Part shown: piece after piece, positions 38,809 to 50,600 of the stretch
Layout of the letters: each line of letters starts with the position of its first letter
Position numbering within the stretch: position 1 is the first letter of the stretch
Assembly: GCA_905178155.1 (NCBI GenBank)
Contig: CAJINV010000011.1
Coordinates: 1,887,939-1,951,938 of the forward strand
Reading direction: 5' to 3'
Source of the DNA: Amoebophrya sp. A120
Lineage: Eukaryota; Protista; Dinoflagellata
DNA: 64,000 bases
Position numbers and translations under genes: made by a program
The notes under the pieces: model-generated
What the model saw: the letters and a program-made list of their open reading frames with translations, nothing else
What the model was told of the DNA's origin: nothing
Databases searched by the model: none

Positions 38809-40146
38809 CTAAAAATTGACGAAGCCCTGAGACCACGAGCAAGTGGCTCCTGACAAGCTGGGGTCAAAAAACCAGTGCGCCTCGTGATCGGCCATGATCG
38901 TATCGACCATGGGCTCCGCCAGGTGCACCAAGGGGTTGGAGCCGTCGCGATTCTCGGCCAGCAGAAGCGACAACAGGACACTGTATCAAAAGGAAAAATC
39001 CCCCCTCCCCATATCGAAACGAAATTTCTGATTTTGGATGGCTAAGGGCTGGGCGTCCCTGTTTAGACTATACCTAAAAAACTTAAACCACATACCCGGT
39101 AAACTCTAGTAGGATTATTTGGACGATGTGATTTCTACCGAAAGACAGCAACAACAGCTCCTGGGAAGGCGGCATAGTGAGCTGTGTTGTTATCTGAGTA
39201 GAAATAACTTCGTACAAATGTGCCCACTAGCACCGAGGAAATTTCTGATGCTGGATTTGCGTACACAAATCAGGTCTGTCTTGCTGGAGAGGACTGCAGG
39301 CATATACCAAGCCTGGGTCGAGAGGTTTTGACGTAGGGGACTAGCATGACAGACGTCGGCCCTGTAAGCCCAACAGCATCACAAACCGCCGGCATAATGC
39401 GGCGGACTCTAAGGCTTTGCCTTCTTGCAAGACAGACAGGATTTGTGACCTCAAATCTGCATCACAAATTTTCAGACGAATGCGTTTTCAATATGGGGAG
39501 GGGGGATTTTTCCTCTCAATACACTGCAGGTCTTGCCCTCCCCCGGAATGTGCTGGGTTCGGTTGTGCGCCTCCCGAAAGGGGGCGGGCGGTATCACGTG
39601 TTGCCCGACGAAGAGGCAGCGCGCGGCCTCGTTCACCGAGTTCATGTCCCATTCGACCACCCCGTTCTTGTCCGGCGTGCACACGACCTTTGGGCGCTTG
39701 AAAAAGAACAGCAGCTCGTCGGTGCGGTCGCACAACACCTCTTCGCCGACCCATTCGTCGTGCCGCGCGTGGTGCAGCGTCTTGTTCGGGTTCTTCAGAG
39801 AGGAGGAGAGCCCGTTTTCTTTGAAGACACTGGTGTGGTATTTGCTGCGCTGGGTGACCTCTTTCACCTTCTTTCCGACTGGATCCTCCTTGCAAAGGTA
39901 GAGTTTCCGCCACTTTTTCCCGACCCCGAGGATTCGCCCGGTTTTCGCGTCCACGCAGCACGCGTAGGGGTGGGTGGTCACCGTTTTGGCCAGAAAAATG
40001 TCGACGAAAAGCTTGATCGCGTCTTCCAGCGAGCTTTTATTCTTGGCCCCCGTGCTGTCCGGGGGATGATGGGAACTGCCGGACACCAGGAGCTTCTGGA
40101 CCTTTTCTACTTCGCTCGACATTTTCTCCTCGATGACGCCCACCAT
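38809..40146 (-). CDS. 3' part of an unknown gene; upstream exons probably lie in 40200-44900
   Basis: ORF 39472-40146 continues for ~55 codons (KTCSV-LLSLLLAENRDG..) after removing introner 38984-39521. Confidence 0.55.
38984..39521. mobile_element. Introner family G (538 bp)
   Basis: ~38-bp TIR TAT..A.AGGAAAAATCCCCCCTCCCCATAT.GAAA; perfect DR CACTG; frame restored. Confidence 0.92.
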
Positions 40147-42612
40147 CTAGTACTAAGTACTTCCTCGGTGGACGTAAAATTATGTTCGTGCTGCAGTTCT
40201 TGTGATGGAACTGGATTCCGATAGATCTTCACGAGATACAAAAATACTAGCACAACTAGAGCATTTATAGTCTATCATTTTTACAACGACAACCTACAGC
40301 AGCTCTCCTGCAGCTGGATCAACATTATACATAGACCCATGAGGTATGATGAAAAAAAGCGTCGTGTCACAACCACCGACGAGTTGGGGAAGTTATTTTT
40401 CCCTTCAACAATCATCACACAACAGCAAGCAACACCACGAGTAGTAGATCATCTTCAAGAGAATACTTATGACATAGCACGGACCACAGACAAGTACAAG
40501 GCTCTTGTTTTTTATCGAAACAAAGGCATAGAAGAAAAACCACGCACGACATGAATAAACCAAAGCCGAAGACGGCAAAAAAAAAGACACCTTGCGGGTT
40601 TTCGGTCCTCTTCTCTTCCTCGGCGGTTCTTGAGTCGGCGCTGGGTCCGTGTCCTGTGGGTCGCGAAGCAACATGGCATGTTGAAAACAAAACTATTTCT
40701 TCAGCCCAACATTTCAGATCCTGTCCGCAATCCAGTTCTCCTTTTCGTTTTTGATGTTCTTTGAGTCGCCAATACAGCACTGGTTCTACTGGTTGACCGT
40801 GCATAATTGCAAACTGCAGCAATATCTGCCCGTGTTTCGTTACTTTAGCTCCGGTTGTAACATAGATTATTTACGAGGCAAATCATTTTCATACGAAAAC
40901 AATAGACCTTTCGATATTGAAATAAAAGAAAAAGCCCTAAATTGATACGAAACAATAAAGCGCATGCACATACATCATGGATTGCACTGTTCTAACTTGA
41001 TATGTTTCCGGGAATGTTTCTATTTTATCTCAAGATCTATGTTTCTTCATCTTTGGCTTTACTTTTCATAATTAACCCCTAACACGCGGAAACAAGCAGA
41101 ATTGTTTCCCAGCTAGTACCGCCCCAGCGCCCGTCCATGCCGTGAGACTGACACGCGGCCGCGCTGAGTAATGCTAGTGGAGTTGTGTTTTTCTACTTGT
41201 CGTCGCACAAAGCTAATAAAAACAAGTACAAGCGAGTTTCTTATAAATTTTTCTGCAATTAATATTATGGTGCAAAACTTTTCAGATGCTATTTGGACTC
41301 GTCTTCTCCGATTTTTGTGAAAGAATACGTATCTTACCTACTTCTTCATCCTATGCTAGTAGCCGTGCCAGGCTCATCACGAGACCACAACAACTTTTCC
41401 GGTAGAAGTAAACATAGAAATAAATAAAGTCGTATTATAGGGGTAAGTAAGTGCTAATATCTCCACCTCGGCGCTTCGAAAAACGACCGGAGGTCGAGTG
41501 ATTGATAGATAATATTAATAACGGGAGGGCCGTACTAGATAAGAAAACCAAAACATAAACTGACAGAATGAAACCTCCTCACAGTCAGCATGTTGTCATG
41601 TGGTTGGTCTTCTGATAAGTGATACCAAAATGCTTGACAGAAGCCTGCATTTTTCGGCCAAAACCAGAGAGACCAAGTGCTGCAAGTTGCCCCAGAGGAC
41701 ACAGACACACTTGCAACGCATAAGAAAATATGTGAAGAAACAGGCCTAGAAAACAGCAATTTTGCTGTCAAACTAGCCAGGTGATGCTTCTACGCGCTGC
41801 GGGAAAATTTCGATCAAATAAAAATATGCTATCGGGCGCTCGTAGTACAAATTGGGTTGTATTATTTGTTGTGGTATCACGGATCAGATACAACACAATA
41901 CAATGTGCTTGTATCATGAACCTATGATCATGCTTTCTTTTTCTTATTTTCTATGAGACTTTTTTTACTATCTCGGGTTCTTTGTTTGTCAGTGAGACCT
42001 TACTCCGTCCCGGCAGCGACACTAATCAATGGCCTGAATTGTAGCCTGCCAAGGGTAAGTTCTACTGTTACTTATACTATCAAGCTACAACAAAAGTAGT
42101 ATTCAACAAGTACGAAACTACAAGAAAGGAATTTTGTTGCAAAAATACGTACTTATTCTTGCTTTGCAAAATTAATTATACGTACCTACACACATTTGTG
42201 TTTATCATGCCGAGCCATGTTTTTGTTTTCTTTGTTCTTCATCTTCCCACACGAATTCTACAACATTGAATGATGACCCCCTACTTACTCGTGGGAACGA
42301 TGCCCACATCTTCGACTACTAGTGACCCGTGCGAATGGCAAAAGACGATAGAAGAGATATACGGAAAGGTAAAATATTGAATCGAAATCATGATGAGCGC
42401 GGTTGCACTTTGACAACTCGAGAACGATTCGTTGCTGCAGGTGCTCGTCCCTTCTCATCCGTAGTGCAGCTCTGCGCTGAGAGGTGGAGTTATGAAACTG
42501 AAACATTTGTCATTTACATTTATTTCATCGAGTTCTTGTACTTTTACACTTTCATATTTCTTGTTCGGGATCGACTCCGTCGCCGACGGCATCTTGATAG
42601 CTGCTCCGCTCA

Positions 42613-44047
42613 TATGCATTGCAAATATGTCTGCGTCTGGGTCTGGAAGAGTGCCAGAGTTGTCATGCAGGTTTTCCAGATACCATGGCTGATGGCACTT
42701 AGGATGAAGGGGGCAGTCCTCAATCAATACACATTGGAAGAGGGGACCCCAACCTCCTGGGGGTGAAGAATCGAGGGTGGCATTGACCTACAGAAAATGA
42801 TCAGCGATCAAAAATCCGCAGGCGAGAACGGGAAGGATCTTTTCAGACACCGACCCAAATCCTCTGCCAACCACTTCCCTCGATTTCACAAACCTCTCCG
42901 CCGCGACGCAAGCGAAGCAAACGGGAGGACCCCGGCTACCCTTCCTCACGACCGAATTCCGAGAGGGATAAATAGTCCCCTCAGATTAGACGGAAGTGAA
43001 GGCATAGTCCCGGAGGGCAAGAAGGAATGCTCCCCCACGCCCTGAAAGCCTGGAAGGCAGACAGGGTGCTCAACTGTGCATAGTGGTTAGCACGAAGAGC
43101 TAGGGACGTGAGAGACACCGCGACGCACAACAACCCGACCAGGTAACCCAACACGCTCCGCCTCGAGAGCCCGGGGACCAGACAGTTGTGGCAGCAAAAT
43201 GAGGAAATGCCAGACGACAAGTCGTCAGCAACGCCAAGTCATTACCAGCCAACACAGCAAACAGGGACCAGGGGAGCCAGATAGCCAACTGACACACAGC
43301 TGGGGGGAAGGCTGAATGAGAGCGCACCGTCCAAACTGACGAGAGGCCAACAAACTCCAACCCGCACCTGAAACCCAAGAGAGCGGCCCAGACCCCTGAG
43401 AGCAGCGAAGACCTGAGCAGAGCCCAAGCAACAACGAGGCGCCCCATCTACCCATCCTGACTCCTGCCGGTGGCGAAGACGCTCCAAAGTCAGAGCATCC
43501 TACAACGGGAATTTCCGACAGAGGTCAATCAACGACAGCACGAGGTTGAAGGCGTGCGGGCTCTTGGAGATAAAGCCAGCGGTAAGAGGAAACCAACATC
43601 GTATCGGGGGAGGCCGGAAACTGAAGACCACGATTCGGAGCGGCCGCGCGGATCCGACCTCGCATGCACCTCAGCCACCACTTCGCTTGCAGCATCCATC
43701 CCGAAGAGCGCCACCGTGCGTGTGCAAGCCAGAGGCCACCGAAAGAACACACATATCCCGCCGCAACCGCCACCACATCCACCTTGGAGTCGCACTCCGA
43801 AATGGGCAAAGCGGGCGCGTCCCGTCCTCAAAGAGGTCTGGTATGTAGGACATAGCATTACAGATTTATTTGTGAGAGTTCTCTCAATCTCATGCCTATC
43901 CTGCATGAGAAACACCCTCTCGATTAGGTCAAAAGTGGAAAACTTATGGTAATCATGCAACACAGATTTTTACATGATTGTTCAAGTTCAGATTTAGCAT
44001 GACTAGTTTCTTTGTTCCAGACCCAGACTACATATTTGCATTTGATA
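42613..44047. mobile_element. Introner family A (A1b) carrying a ~1.15-kb internal insertion (~42687-43832)
   Basis: A-type TIRs; perfect DR GCTCA. Both halves align with the reverse complement of 3897-4158. Flanks join as an open minus-strand frame (EDRFLS-GAAIKMPSATESIP). Confidence 0.88.
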
Positions 44048-45012
44048 GCTCAAAAATCGGTCCTCGGCTTCTCGTAGAATAAATGCGTGCTGACTTTGGT
44101 ACTTAAAATGAATCCTGCTTTTCTATACGTCTTCACTGCAACACAGGACTTCTTCTGAAAAATGGGAGCTGTTGTAGTTCCGGAAATATCTATTTCGCCC
44201 GTCAGGTCAACATCTCTTTCTCCGACTCCGCAGAAAGTGGCTTGGAGAAAAATCCGCCGCGGCGAACAAGAAGAAGCAGGAGTACAAGATGAACTTCTTG
44301 TACTACGTGACGTATCCGTAATATCCAGGAGGTAAAATAATATGCTGCAAGAAAAAATCGGAGACCACTAGGAGCGCCACAACACAACAACCTGCTTTGA
44401 TTATAGGCGTCGTGGCTTCTAGAAGAAGGTCTTCGAGGAGATCAGTGCAGCTGGTTTTTTTCCCTGAAGCTCGTCTTTCGAGATGATGTCAGGTTCGCAA
44501 AAAAAGTACGTGGTATTTCTGTTATTCCGGTCTTCCCTGCCTGTTTTCGTTGCAAATGATCAACACCGCGAAGAGCACGGAAGTAGTTGTGTCGACGAAG
44601 AAATGGTAGTAGTTTTAACTTCTCACATTTCTACACAATTTCTCACAAGTCCGCGAACAATATCCACTATGGTTTTTTTTTTCCAGATTTTTTTTTTATT
44701 TCAACGGTTGGTGCTGAAGTAAATTCATAAAAATCCATGTAAGTATGTTCTTCGGCCGATCAAATTCTGAACCAGCCGAAGAACACAAGTATCTGTGAAC
44801 ATAATTAACGCAACGGAAACAAAAAAAAATCTCCAGCAGAAAATAGATTAGGCTTTTCAGGAAATAACAAGACCGCAGCAAAACCAGCACACCAAGGCAC
44901 AAGAATAACGAGGCCTTCTCTTTATCTTTAGGCACTTGCACTTCGCTCAGTCCTCACAAAAAAACAACAACTGGCAACAGTAAGCGCATACTAATAAAAT
45001 CGGCAGATAAAG

Positions 45013-45679
45013 TAACATGTTATATAAGGGTGGCCCCACACAGATGCCACGGACACAGATGCCCGGATGACACAGATGCCGGATTTTTGACGTCATGCAA
45101 AATCGGCGACACAAAAGACACAGATGCTGTGACCCCCATCTCCAGAGAGGAGCGCTGTGCTGCCGGTCACGGTAACAATAACCATTGCGGGGCAATGCCG
45201 CGGCACACTTCTCGACGGTGCCACGACTACCGACCATCTGGCCACAGGAGAGCAGCCTCTGCTACGAATAAGAGCGCAAGCCCCGTGCCAGGGTGGGGCT
45301 CTCCGCTAAAGCGTAAGCGTGCGCCCCTCTGGTGGGTGCTTAGTAAGATTTGGGACGAAGCGCAAACGCAGGCGCTCACCCCGAGGCAATGCAGATTTTG
45401 GCCGCGGCGCCTTTACCAGCAGGCCCCGCCAGCGCTTCAGCTTCCTTTGGGCAAATTGGATGGAAAAACGAGACTTGGCCGAGGTGCTCGCGCCCCCACC
45501 TCCATCTTTTGCGCCCTCAATGCAAAGGGGGGGCGTAGGGCGTCCGGTGTTTCTATTTCATGTTCGTCATCTGTGCACAGATGCCACCAAGATTGCAACT
45601 GTTTTGCGCTTCTAGTGTTCGTCATCTGTGTCATCTGTGGCATCTGTGTCATCTCACATCTGTGTTATATAACGCGTTA
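45013..45679. mobile_element. Non-autonomous DNA transposon (MITE) with 6-bp TSD
   Basis: 15-bp TIR TAACRYGTTATATAA; TSD ATAAAG at 45007-45012 and 45680-45685; inverted clusters of subterminal CACAGATG repeats at both ends. Confidence 0.9.
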
Positions 45680-46073
45680 ATAAAGAACCATAAATATCCA
45701 GGACTGCAGCTTGTCTCTCCACGCTGAAAGCGTGTCGTGTCCCTCTTCTCAACAAACCGACAGCGGGAGCAGCCTTGGCTACGGAGATTACTTAGTACTG
45801 CGGAATAAATGACGGCAAGAATACTTGTTTCTGGAAACGGAAAAATACAACCGGATTTTCAGAATTGCGGAACAACAGGCATGCAGGAACTTGGAGAGAA
45901 GTTCGACTGTCGAAATTGCAATGAGTCGCTCATCTCGAGGACCTATTTTCTCCGGGCGGACAAAACCGCGAAATGTGATGTAGTTCTTGCTGCCCAATAA
46001 GACTCTTTGTTCATCTTCGCATCATGTCTTGCCTAGCAGAGCTGCAGCTTCTGCTCAATCCCTGAACATGATT

Positions 46074-46278
46074 TTCTCATCACTTTTACTCCATCGTCAA
46101 AAAGGCTGCGTTGTAGATGAAAATGTCTTCATCTTCCAACATTTCCTCTCATCTCAGGGTGGTCTTTGTCTTACATCAAAAGCCAATGAGCTCCTGGGAG
46201 GTGTTGGCGCGGTGGTCCCTCGCTAGGCGGCTGTAGATGTAGAAATGCAGTGCGTCGTAGCCGTGGCTGGTCGTGTTC
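46074..46278 (-). pseudogene. Duplicated 3' fragment of the SPFH gene lacking the family-C introner
   Basis: Near-identical to 47575-47997 minus the element and one DR copy; encodes NTTSHGYDALHFYIYSRLARDHRANTSQELIGF*. Confidence 0.9.
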
Positions 46279-46479
46279 GACCCGCGGATCTGTAGAAATG
46301 CACGGCGGATCTGCGTTCGCAAGGGTAACGGGTTCGAACCGCCAGTGCCAAACGACCCTCCTTCCCAAAGCAAGGCGAGACCGCATGATTCCATACTCTC
46401 GCTGCTATCGCCAACGAGAATACAATCAGGGCTGCCACCACTGTCCGCACCACGGATAAACCAGAGATACCCAAAACTG

Positions 46480-47362
46480 TCCGCAAAGCGGATTGCGCCA
46501 AACTTTCCGCCGCACGGATGAGACGAAACTCTCCGCCAAGCGAATCTATAGCCAGAACTTTCAGCCGAGCGGATGAGGCCAGACTTTCCGCCAAGCGGAT
46601 AACCAAACTTTGCGCAAAGCAGGTGAGACCAAACTTCCCGACCAGCGGATAAACCGAACTTTCCGCAGAGCGGATGAGGCCAGACTTTCCGACAAGCGGA
46701 TAGCCAAACTTTCCGCAGAGCGGATGAGACCAGACTTTCCGCCAAGCGGATGAGACCAAACTTTCCGCAAAGCGGATGAGACCAGACTTTCCGACAAGCG
46801 GATAAAAGAGACTTTCCTGAGGCGGATGGACCAAACTTTCCGCAAAGCGGATGAGACCAGACTTTCCGACAAGCGGATAAAAGAGACTTTCCTGAGGCGG
46901 ATGGACCAAACTTTCCGCAAAGCGGATGAGACCAGACTTTCCGACAAGCGGATAAAAGAGACTTTCCTGAGGCGGATGGACCAAACTTTCCGCAAAGCGG
47001 ATGAGACCAGACTTTCCGACAAGCGGATAAAAGAGACTTTCCTGAGGCGGATGGACCAAACTTTCCGCAAAGCGGATGAGACCAGACTTTCCGACAAGCG
47101 GATAAAAGAGACTTTCCTGAGGCGGATGGACCAAACTTTCCGCAAAGCGGATGAGACCAGACTTTCCGACAAGCGGATAAAAGAGACTTTCCTGAGGCGG
47201 ATGGACCAAACTTTCCGCAAAGCGGATGAGACCAGACTTTCCGACAAGCGGATAAAAGAGACTTTCCTCAGGCGGATGGACCAAACTTTCCGCAAAGCGG
47301 ATGAAACCAGACTTTCCGACAAGCGGATAAAAGAGACTTTCCTGAGGCGGATGGACCAAACT
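46480..47362. repeat. Satellite: degenerate ~25-bp monomers grading into about 8 near-perfect 75-bp higher-order units
   Basis: Unit = gcggatggaccaaactttccgcaaa (25) + gcggatgagaccagactttccgacaa (26) + gcggataaaagagactttcctgag (24). Confidence 0.95.
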
Positions 47363-47673
47363 TACTACCAACGGCAGGGGCGTTACTCCCTGAGGACAAG
47401 AGAGAGAGGAAATAAACTTCAACCCAGAACGGGAAGAGGTTCACCCTCACAGTCATCAGATCCCGGCTACCGGAAAAGGGCGAGGCTCGGACAGACATAA
47501 AATATCGCCCGTCCAGCCCCAGCCTAGGCTCACAGGCTCGCTAGCCTGCTACTGCCCGGGCATACATTTATTTGTTCTCATCACTTTTAATACTCCATCG
47601 TCAAAAAGGCTGCGTTGTAGATGAAAATGTCTTCGTCTTCCAACATTTCCTCTCATCTCAGGGTGGTCTTACA

Positions 47674-50600
47674 TCAAAAGCCAATGAGCTCCTGGGAGGT
47701 GTTATGAAAGTGCACAACTCCCCCTCCCCCTCATTTGTCATGCAAAATACCGATTCCATGCTCTGCCTTTTAGCACTGTTTGCATGACAAGTTCTGGCAG
47801 CCCAAATAGCACTACAATGCTGTGCAGATTTGTCATGCAAAACCGGCATTCCTGCTGACGCTTGTATTCCTGTTATCGCAATACAAATGAGGGGGAGGGG
47901 GAGTTGTGCACATTCATAGCTGTTGGCCCGGTGGTCCCGCGCTAGGCGGCTGTAGATGTAGAAATGCAGTGCGTCGTAGCCGTGGCTGGTCGTGTTCAGC
48001 CAGCCCATACCGTCGGCAAATTCCTTGTACAGGGTTGCGTACCGCCGGATCAGAGCCGACCCCTATCCTGAGTAATAACGTCCCCACACGACCATAGTTG
48101 TCATGCAGATTAGCAAGCACAGGAGCATTTGTGATGTGGACCCCCAAGAGAGGCACAACTTTCAATCGTGTTTTGGAAATTGCAATGCTAGAAACAGGAT
48201 GAGGAGATGGATTTGCTATGCGGATTCCCTTGCTAAACTGCACTACAATACAGCCTGCAATTTGTCATGCGTGACTCGCAAAACTTCTAGGTTTGTGTTG
48301 CAAAATCTCTATCTTGACAGACTATCGGGTCGTGGGGACGTTTTTACTCAGAATAACTCCCCGTCCGTTCTCTCCTTGGCCACTTTGATGGTGCCTTATC
48401 AAATGTAAAAATGTCTGGGTCTGGAGGATTGCAAGGTTTGTCATGCACATTTTGCATTACCCGTGATATCTGTGATGTATGCACCAGCATCACAAATTTT
48501 TTGCGGGCATCTTGATGCCTATCCCGCATGAGAAATCCCCTCTCCGCGGAGCAAAAACTGGACGCCTCTTGTTGCTCATGCAATACAGATTTTTTTGGAT
48601 TCCAAAAATAGCATCACAAGTTGCATTCTTCCAGACCCAGACATTTTTACATTTGATATGCCTTCTTGCCGTGCCATCTCCAGTACCAGTGCAGCGTCTG
48701 CGTCTGCGTATCCTGTGCAAAAGTATCGTACTCGTATAAATGCAAGTCTTGCATTACAAATCTTTTTATTAAGGCAAATCCGCATGACAAATTCCATTTC
48801 TCATGCTAGGGGAATTTGTATTGCATTTGCAATTTATACTAGTACGATACTTTTGCAGTTCATACTGCGAGGGCCGTCACGAGATTTTTCTGCGCCTGCC
48901 GGATGGAAACCTGATGGTGGAGTTTTAGGTAGTAGACCTCCACATCAGGACCTCTTTTTTTACTCGATAATTTCATTTCCCTCACGATCATCTTCGAACA
49001 GCACATCAATCAGCCTACTGTCGTCAAGTGTGTGTGAGGATGCGAGCTAATTCTGACTCTGAGCATATTGAAAATGATGTAGGTACAAAAAGCCGCCATC
49101 ATACATCAACATGAAACCTGCTGTCTATTCCTGGCCTTCTGTCGTCTTTGTTTCTTCAGGAGCTTGGCAATGACAGCCTCGTCAAACGCCGATGGCAGCG
49201 AGATCTTGCGCAGCTGAAAGTCGACCATCGTGAAGAACCCGTCACTATGAAGTGCAAAAATCTCTGCTTTTGGAAGAGTGTGCTTCTTTGTCATGCACGT
49301 GTTGCATGACCCATGACGCCTGTGATGCGTGCCCTTGCATCACACATCTACTTTTGAGGGCTTCCTGATGCCGACCCCGCATGACAAATGCCCTCTCCGC
49401 GTGGCAAAAAAAACTTCCTCTCGGTCTTGCTGCTCATGCACTACAGAGTTCCTTTAGAATCCAAATGCAGCATCACAACTTTCACAGATTATATTTGCAA
49501 TGCATAGTCACCCTCCGAGGCAAACATGGTCCCCACATCGTTCCGCAGCTCGTTGCATCCTGTGCAAAAGTCTCGCACTCGTAGTAATCGCAATTATGCA
49601 TGACAAGTCTCTTTCTCAAGGTAAATCAGCATCAGAAATTCCTTTTGTCATGCTTAGCAAATCAAAATTTGTAATGCGGTTAGTACTACTAGTACGATGC
49701 TTTTGCATTTGATACGTTGCTGATCTGCACGCGTTTCTCGAAAAACTGCAGCGTGTGGAAGCGCACCGAAACCTCCTTGACTTTCTTCTCGATGATCACC
49801 CGCAACCAGTCGCGCCACCGCGTATGGAAACGGTACGAAAAAAGGTCGTCTATCGCTTTCAGTTCGTTATAATCGGCAAGTAGTGTAAGAGAGGCAAAAG
49901 CCGAAGTGCATTCTGAAGATTCTTGGACTTCTTCCTGCTTCATGAATCTCTACCTTACGCTTGTTTTCTTTCTCATATTCATGCGCATGAGCAGTACAAT
50001 TGTAAAATAACTTACTTGCGATGAAAGAAACTACCTTGGCGAATGACTACTATCTATGTGGCATGAAAAAAAGTGTGACGAACTGACAATGATAGGAAGA
50101 ACATTCTTCGTGTGCATTTCCATACTGCAGTCCCCAGGCGTAGTAGAGTTGCGGCAGCATTCCTCTCACAAGCCGGATTGCCGTATCCAAGAAAAAAACC
50201 CGCGTTGACGGTGTCAATTTGTAATTTTCGAGAGCAGCGCACGAGGAACTCATGGTCATGTTTTTTCTTTTCTCCAACAAGAATAAATATAGATGGTGCT
50301 TCTCATTATTCGACTGAAAAAGCTTCTGACACGACAGAGGATTTTTCTTGGATACTGCAACGACAGCTGTTTATTTCATGGGCACAAGGCCCAAAATTTG
50401 TTCGGAAAGAGGTCTAACAAATCTATTTTGCGCTTCAGTCTTTCACAAGGAGATAGATGACTCATTTTCTATTTTCATCAGATGAAAGCATCATCAACTT
50501 CTAACTATGTCTTCTAACTTCACCACATGCATTATGCAATTCCAAATCCGAAAAAAAACACGCATATATCAAAATTTTGAAACAGAATGTAGTATATTAC

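Noticed and set aside
42687-43832. Cargo as an autonomous transposase or a TG..CA solo LTR
   Set aside because: No long ORF or DDE/RT motif, and no matching TSD around the candidate TG..CA ends.
46223-47500. Long repetitive ORFs (399, 253 and 224 aa) and a possible CRISPR array
   Set aside because: By-products of a stop-free 75-bp tandem unit. There are no unique spacers and no cas genes, and the context is eukaryotic.
48960-49047. Extra SPFH exon (LASSHTLDD...)
   Set aside because: It runs into a stop. The single GT-AG intron 48911-49117 gives a clean frame (RQQ-VSIRQAQK).
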